A stretch of DNA of 64,000 nt from a virus. The first letter of the stretch is position 1. Every line of letters begins with the position of its first letter. Below, piece by piece: positions 59,321 through 64,000 of this stretch. The notes beneath the pieces were generated by a model. It had not been told where the DNA came from, did no database searches, and saw nothing but the letters and a program-made list of their open reading frames with translations. The stretch lies in the IMG/VR virus record IMGVR_UViG_3300023174_000065; one strand, 5' to 3'. The position numbers were made by a program, and so were the translations under genes.

Positions 59321-61150
59321 TTACAGTCCTAATTTTTGTTTTATGATAGGCTCTAGTTCATCGGGAACATACCGTAATGCACTGCCGTCATTAGTAACTG
59401 CCGCTAGACACATCTTCTCAGATCGAAGTTCATCGGGAACATACCGTAATGCACTGCCGTCATTAGTAACTGCCGCTAGACACATCCGTTCAGTTCTGAG
59501 TTTTTGTGGAACATGCCCCAATGCCCAGCCGTTCTGAGTAACTGCCGCTAGACACATCTTCTCAGATCGAAGTTCATCGGGAACATACCGTAATGCACTG
59601 CCGTCATTAGTAACTGCCGCTAGACACATCTTCTCAGATCGAAGTTCATTGGGAACATGCCTTAATACATAGCCGCTCTGAGTAACTGCCGCTAGACACA
59701 TCCGTTCAGTTCTGAGTTCTTGTGGAACATGCTCCAATGCCCAGCCGTAATTAGTAACTGCCGCTAGACACATCCGTTCAGTTCTGAGTTTTTGTGGAAC
59801 ATGCGCCAATGCACCGCCGTCATTAGTAACTGCCGCTAGACACATCCGTTCAGTTCTGAGTTTTTGTGGAACATGCCTCAATGCCCAGCCGTTCTGAGTA
59901 ACTGCCGCTAGACACATCCGTTCAGTTCTGAGTTCTTGTGGAACATACCGTAATGCATCGCTGTTCTGAGTAACTGCCAATTCACATAACTCAGAATAGC
60001 CTTTTGTATTAGGAGATATGCCACCAATTGTAGACTCATCCCCAACCTTAATGATTTTCTTGAGTAATTCAAAATTACGCGATATAGAAGCAGGAGCACC
60101 TAATAGCTTCTCTCCGGTCCCGGTCATTCCTGGTTTCATAAAATTAAGGAGTTTCTTCTCAAAATTCTCCATATCATGTGGTGCATATACTACTAAATCT
60201 GGATCCTCATCCACTGCTCGACTCCAGTCCTTTGTGGTATTCGTTCGGCCAAAAAGTAACTGCAATCCTGGTCTATGTTGTATGGCTATTTCTTGTAATC
60301 TAGGATTATTTTTAATTGACGCAGGCGCCTTTAAAATTTCAATGGGAGTGAATTTAATCTGTGTTTCTAACAATATAGGTTTCTTGTGGAGGAAATACTC
60401 TAGTTGTTGCTCCGACAAATCAAACATTGAAAAGTTCATATGAGGAGCATAACCGCCGCTACTGATTCCCTTGATCATGTTAAGTTCTAATAATTTAACA
60501 ATATATGGATGATATTTCTCAGCAGGCTTTTGATTATTCTTGGCCTTCATTTCTCCCAGTGAGCCATCGGGTTCAAGAATAAAAGTCAACAGTACTTGAT
60601 TATTGCCGTTCCTAAATGACAAAATTCGTTGATCTGGGTTGGTTTGACCAACCACATTTCCGCAGTGCTTTCCACTTCTGCCTTCATCACTGCAATAAGC
60701 TCTGTTAACAAACCACCACGCATATCCGCCACCAAACTCCAGTAACCGATAATCGCCTTCTTGAGGTTCTACACCTCGTTCTGTTTCGTTCTTCTTTTTC
60801 CAGTCATCCTCGAATTTAGCAAGTGCGTCAATGACATCACTGACTGTATTCTTGCCAAATCGATAGTTTTCAATGGGAGCATAATTGTAGCCATAGAAGT
60901 GAGACACGACAGTGCCCAACTGCTGTATTCCCTGCCAACGATAGACCCCTAATAGTTCTGGACCCAATTTATCTTCCAACTCAGCACGAAGTAATCGCAG
61001 ATACCACGTGACTCGATCTGGATTTTTTAATGCCTGTTTAGCCCACTGAACATGTCCCTTGACATACTCTGCCTGTTCAGGAAATTGTTTAATGATAGCA
61101 TCAACAAGAGGATCATATACTGCTTCTACTAGGAGTTCACGAATTTTCAT
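59321..61150 (-). CDS. PcfJ-like domain plus DUF4116-type repeat protein
   Basis: Start MKIRELLVE (ATG 61150, TAAATA 5 nt upstream); 'EGRSGKHCG...ILSFR...EMKAKNNQKP' PcfJ-like region; C-terminal 24-aa repeats. Confidence 0.65.
   Translation of the reverse strand: MKIRELLVEAVYDPLVDAIIKQFPEQAEYVKGHVQWAKQALKNPDRVTWYLRLLRAELEDKLGPELLGVYRWQGIQQLGTVVSHFYGYNYAPIENYRFGKNTVSDVIDALAKFEDDWKKKNETERGVEPQEGDYRLLEFGGGYAWWFVNRAYCSDEGRSGKHCGNVVGQTNPDQRILSFRNGNNQVLLTFILEPDGSLGEMKAKNNQKPAEKYHPYIVKLLELNMIKGISSGGYAPHMNFSMFDLSEQQLEYFLHKKPILLETQIKFTPIEILKAPASIKNNPRLQEIAIQHRPGLQLLFGRTNTTKDWSRAVDEDPDLVVYAPHDMENFEKKLLNFMKPGMTGTGEKLLGAPASISRNFELLKKIIKVGDESTIGGISPNTKGYSELCELAVTQNSDALRYVPQELRTERMCLAAVTQNGWALRHVPQKLRTERMCLAAVTNDGGALAHVPQKLRTERMCLAAVTNYGWALEHVPQELRTERMCLAAVTQSGYVLRHVPNELRSEKMCLAAVTNDGSALRYVPDELRSEKMCLAAVTQNGWALGHVPQKLRTERMCLAAVTNDGSALRYVPDELRSEKMCLAAVTNDGSALRYVPDELEPIIKQKLGL
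59355..59978 (-). repeat. 72-nt in-frame tandem repeat, 8 full units plus 1 partial
   Basis: Unit VTxxxxxLxxVPxxLRxExMCLAA; the core 'taactgccgctagacacatc' is invariant. Confidence 0.95.
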
Positions 61151-61364
61151 GGAAATATTTATCTCGCTACCAGAAACCTCCTGCGCGTCTCGCGCAGCGC
61201 GAGCTCCAGCCATATTTTTCAATCATTAAGTGAGTATATAATAGTTGTCAGAACCATGCTCCTATGATAAACTAAGTGAAGATCAATACACCTGGACAAA
61301 ATGAAGATAAAGTCGGTAATGAAATATCACTTCGAGTAATTGCCACAGTATAGGAGATAATAGT

Positions 61365-61586
61365 ATGGCTACTTGTTTTTATTGCTGTGAAGAGCACCAA
61401 CTAGGAGCAAGAGTATGTCCACACTGTAGATCAAGTTTTTACTCGTCTCCTCAATATTCATCCAATGATTATACTTCCAGTGAAGGAGCAGGAGTATTCT
61501 CCACTATTGCAGTTCTCCTCTTCTTTGGATGGCTATATTACCAGATTGGTAAATCTATAGTAGTGTATGTATTATCATGCATATAG
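61365..61586 (+). CDS. Small Zn-ribbon membrane protein
   Basis: AGGAG RBS; CxxC...CPHC plus a C-terminal hydrophobic helix. Confidence 0.65.
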   Translation: MATCFYCCEEHQLGARVCPHCRSSFYSSPQYSSNDYTSSEGAGVFSTIAVLLFFGWLYYQIGKSIVVYVLSCI

Positions 61587-61813
61587 AGTTTGAAACTGCG
61601 CACTCGACGCCCGCCCGCGCTAGTCCCTATCTCCTCTCGAATGTGAAATCAGCGATTGAATCGTGGTGTGACAGTAGAGAACTCTCGTACGATATAGTTG
61701 ACCGAGCTACCGGATTTTTAGCAGTGACAGTCTGTGTATACTTCTATGATCCTAGAGACTTGACCTTGTTTGTTCTGGGATTCCACAAATATCCGTTTTG
61801 TGTATGCCTATAA
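61577..61813 (+). CDS. Hypothetical protein
   Basis: 78 aa, overlaps its neighbours; resembles the next ORF ('W...' and 'F.....TLF.L'). Confidence 0.55.
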   Translation: MHIEFETAHSTPARASPYLLSNVKSAIESWCDSRELSYDIVDRATGFLAVTVCVYFYDPRDLTLFVLGFHKYPFCVCL

Positions 61814-62049
61814 AATTTAGATTATCTCTGCCCGATGACAATATTAACTCCTCTATGCGGCATCTACGAGCGGGGCTGTTTAGACTATATTTTAAAAGTT
61901 GGGCAACAAAGAATAACATCAGTGACTATAGATTGATAAACCATGAAGGCAATGTAAAAGTAATTTTTAAACATGCCAGTGAGTATACTATATTTGCACT
62001 AACATGGAACAACAGTAGATATACAGATTACTGCATAGTTAAATCATAG
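61804..62049 (+). CDS. Hypothetical protein
   Basis: Start MPIKF; C-terminal 'F...EYTIFALTW'. Confidence 0.55.
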   Translation: MPIKFRLSLPDDNINSSMRHLRAGLFRLYFKSWATKNNISDYRLINHEGNVKVIFKHASEYTIFALTWNNSRYTDYCIVKS

Positions 62050-62381
62050 TTAAATCATAGTTGGAATAGTGCGCGGGGCCACGGTTTTCGTATATCCACA
62101 GTAAAAAATTTGTGGCGGAAAATTTTTAAAACCGTTTTTAGATTGAGTCAGGCAGCTCCATGCAACCTTATATCCATAGTGAAAGTTAGTGGTGGAAATT
62201 CTAGTTGGCCAGTGAAAAAATTACTCTCCAAAAATTTGGAGGTGGAAATTCTAGTTGGTTGACCAACTGGTCACATGTTGGTTCAATAATTTGCAAGCAA
62301 TGAGTAGAATAATTTTTTACTTAAGCTTTACTAAGCACCCGGCCGTCTTTACTCCACTTTTACTATCCCGGTACTATCCCG
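62034..62381. repeat. Non-coding junction with short direct repeats
   Basis: CATAGTTAAAT tandem (62034-62062); GGTGGAAATTCTAGTTGG at 62191-62208 and 62241-62258; TATATCCA(C/T)AGT at 62091 and 62169; TACTATCCCG twice (62361-62381). Confidence 0.8.
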
Positions 62382-62422
62382 ATGCTTAAGAGCAAGTAAA
62401 TGATTACTTGCAAGCAAGTAAA

Positions 62423-62456
62423 TGTGCTGCGCGCTCTACTATAGAACACGCAGCAC
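62423..62456 (-). terminator. Stem-loop after the 62465-62986 gene
   Basis: TGTGCTGCG...CGCAGCACA inverted repeat immediately downstream of the stop. Confidence 0.5.
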
Positions 62457-62464
62457 ACAAGTTA

Positions 62465-62986
62465 TTATCTAGTAATCGTTTGCTTGTTTGCAGTAATCGA
62501 CACGACATTTTCAAGCTTGATTACACGCACATGAATATTGTGTGTGACATCATTTGTTTTGTTGTAGACTTCGCTCGAAGTATTGAGCAGCTTTTCACGC
62601 TCACTATTCGTAAGCAATTCAGCAACGTCATCGCGAGTAGCAGCAACGTCATCAATAGTGAAAGTAGAGCGAGCATTGTTGAAAATGCAATACAAGTATT
62701 CAGTTGCATTAGTCTTGTGTTCGACAAGAGAAAAGCAATCAGTATGCTTGAAATATGTATCGCTGACAACGAAATTATCAGTGTCTGCGCTGCGCTCGAC
62801 TTGACGACGATACACGTCGAAGTCACGAGTATTGTTGAACAATTGAACATTAGCAACAGTGTGCTTGCGAACATTGCGATGCTTGTTTGCTGCGCTAGTC
62901 TTTACTTCAGTATCAGTAACGACACTAGCAAAAGTAGTCCCGGTCGTCGAAGCGAGCAGGGCGCGAATATCAGAAGAAGCGATCAT
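62465..62986 (-). CDS. Hypothetical (early) protein, cassette 1
   Basis: 173 aa, directly downstream of a repeat promoter/leader; 1 Gly, no Pro, no Trp. Confidence 0.7.
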   Translation of the reverse strand: MIASSDIRALLASTTGTTFASVVTDTEVKTSAANKHRNVRKHTVANVQLFNNTRDFDVYRRQVERSADTDNFVVSDTYFKHTDCFSLVEHKTNATEYLYCIFNNARSTFTIDDVAATRDDVAELLTNSEREKLLNTSSEVYNKTNDVTHNIHVRVIKLENVVSITANKQTITR

Positions 62987-62994
62987 AAAAGTAG

Positions 62995-63241
62995 CTTTCG
63001 TTTGATCAGCAAGACACTATTGCGTTGCTGACAAGAGAATCTCTAGACGATCATCGAATGAGAGTCAAGAGAAAAAATGCACGATCATCGAAAAAATATT
63101 AGAGCGATTCTAGAGCGATTTGAGAGAGATTGCGAGCAAGAGCGAGTGAGACTAGCTAGAGCGCAATTGTCGCGCTCCATCGGCTTTCTAGAGCATTTGA
63201 GAGCAAGAGACGCGATTACTCGCGTCTCTTGCGTCGATCAT
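62995..63241 (-). repeat. Intergenic cassette repeat, copy 1 (hairpin, promoter, leader stem-loop)
   Basis: Near-identical to 63430-63663. Contains a 13-bp stem GCAAGAGACGCGA/TCGCGTCTCTTGC (63203-63232), TTGACT-N17-TAGAGA on the - strand, and a TCAGCAA/TTGCTGA stem. Confidence 0.9.
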
Positions 63242-63244
63242 CGC

Positions 63245-63421
63245 TCAGTCGTGATGCACAACCCGCTGAGCCAGGAATTCTGCGAACGACATTCGTTCGA
63301 TTTCAATATTTTGACAATTGTAACGCTCTTTGAAAGTGACGAGCAACTCAAGCAATTTCAGCTCATCTTTGCACACATGAAAAATCTCGAAGTCCATGTT
63401 CGAATCAGTGACGATATACAT
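63245..63421 (-). CDS. Hypothetical (early) protein, cassette 2 (58 aa, missing from the ORF track)
   Basis: Manual translation MYIVTDSNMDFEIFHVCKDELKLLELLVTFKERYNCQNIEIERMSFAEFLAQRVVHHD*; exactly fills the space between two repeats; no Gly, Pro or Trp. Confidence 0.7.
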   Translation of the reverse strand: MYIVTDSNMDFEIFHVCKDELKLLELLVTFKERYNCQNIEIERMSFAEFLAQRVVHHD

Positions 63422-63429
63422 ATCAGTGA

Positions 63430-63663
63430 CTTTCGTTTATCAGCAAGACACTATTGCGTTGCTGACAAGAGAATCTCTAGACGATCATCGAATGAGAGTC
63501 AAGAGAAAAAATGCGTTTTTCAGAAAAAAAATTAGAGCGATTTGAGAGAGATTGCGAGCAAGAGCGAGTGAGACTAGCTAGAGCGCTGTTGTCGCGCTGT
63601 ATCGGCTTCCTAGAGCATTTGAGAGCAAGAGACGCGATTGCTCGCGTCTCTTGCGTCGATCAT
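63430..63663 (-). repeat. Intergenic cassette repeat, copy 2
   Basis: Same elements as copy 1; 13-bp stem at 63625-63654. Confidence 0.9.
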
Positions 63664-63666
63664 TTG

Positions 63667-63954
63667 CTACAAGACATAGAAATATGTCTTGTCTTCGCCT
63701 TTTGGATTTTCTATCTCTTCAACACGATGCAAGATATTTTCTTGCATATTGTCGCAAACGTCATTGCAGAATGCTTCAACATCTTCATCAACGTAATAAT
63801 CATCATTCACGCACTTCATGAAACGACTAATCAATTTGCACGATTGAAATAGAGCATTCATTTCTGCATGAGTGAATTGATCAAAAACGCTATGAGTAGC
63901 TTGTTCTTCAGTATATTCTTCAGAAAAGACGTAGTTTTGCTTATAGCTTGTCAT
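63667..63954 (-). CDS. Hypothetical acidic (early) protein, cassette 3
   Basis: Probable start MTSYKQ (ATG 63954); 1 Gly, 1 Pro, no Trp. Confidence 0.7.
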   Translation of the reverse strand: MTSYKQNYVFSEEYTEEQATHSVFDQFTHAEMNALFQSCKLISRFMKCVNDDYYVDEDVEAFCNDVCDNMQENILHRVEEIENPKGEDKTYFYVL

Positions 63955-63976
63955 ATCTAGTCTCACTCGATTGTCT

Positions 63977-64000
63977 GCAAGACACTATTGCGTTGCTGAC
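63977..64000 (-). repeat. Intergenic cassette repeat, copy 3 (truncated by the window end)
   Basis: GCAAGACACTATTGCGTTGCTGAC is identical to copies 1 and 2. Confidence 0.85.

Noticed and set aside
59355-59978. CRISPR array or DGR variable region
   Set aside because: The units are in-frame 72-nt coding repeats with no unique spacers. No reverse transcriptase or template repeat is in the window, and several differences (CAT/TAT, GCA/GTA) are not at adenines.
61151-61222. N-terminal extension MKNMAGARAARDAQ... of the repeat protein
   Set aside because: It translates the GC-rich palindrome and the promoter; TAAATA-N5-ATG points to 61150.
62408-63852. Plus-strand ORFs 62408-63031, 63077-63535 and 63511-63852
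   Set aside because: They are antisense to the cassette genes or run through the non-coding repeats. Promoter and leader orientation supports the - strand ORFs.
62995-64000. CRISPR array or integron attC array
   Set aside because: The repeats are about 240 bp and the intervening segments are whole ORFs. No cas or integrase gene is in view, and I could not identify attC core sites.

Overview
This window is an AT-rich segment of a T4-like jumbo myophage (RaK2/GAP32/Atu_ph07-like gene content, inferred from the gene set) that probably infects a Gram-negative bacterium. 1-23.5 kb (+) holds giant virion and tail-fibre genes. 23.5-37 kb (mostly -) holds rfaD, an AlgH/YqgE gene and a replication/recombination module: gp41-like helicase, primase, a miniature DnaE, UvsW/UvsY/UvsX and gp32. 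37-61 kb holds packaging and morphogenesis genes: terminase, head completion, tail tube, sheath, neck and tail terminator, plus two free-standing endonucleases, a dNMP kinase, a Nudix hydrolase and probable internal head proteins. 61-64 kb holds small genes and a repeat-rich non-coding junction, followed by a compositionally distinct gene-cassette array. Main observations: (1) From 62381 to the window end the DNA almost completely avoids GG and CC (558 nt with none). Its small proteins nearly lack Gly, Pro and Trp and are separated by ~240-bp promoter/stem-loop direct repeats. (2) The large terminase is fractured at Walker B by an atypically split intein (38-aa IntN, 110-aa IntC ending K-N), with a free-standing endonuclease gene between the halves. 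(3) The >2500-aa virion protein carries 11 repeats resembling phycobiliprotein (globin-fold) subunits, 9 of which keep the C-x-R-D chromophore motif. (4) A 7-nt insertion splits a conserved C-terminal motif of a giant virion protein. (5) Many genes appear to have leaderless transcripts (TAAATA-N5-ATG). No tRNA, rRNA or CRISPR array was recognised. All family assignments come from motif recognition by eye; no database searches were run.
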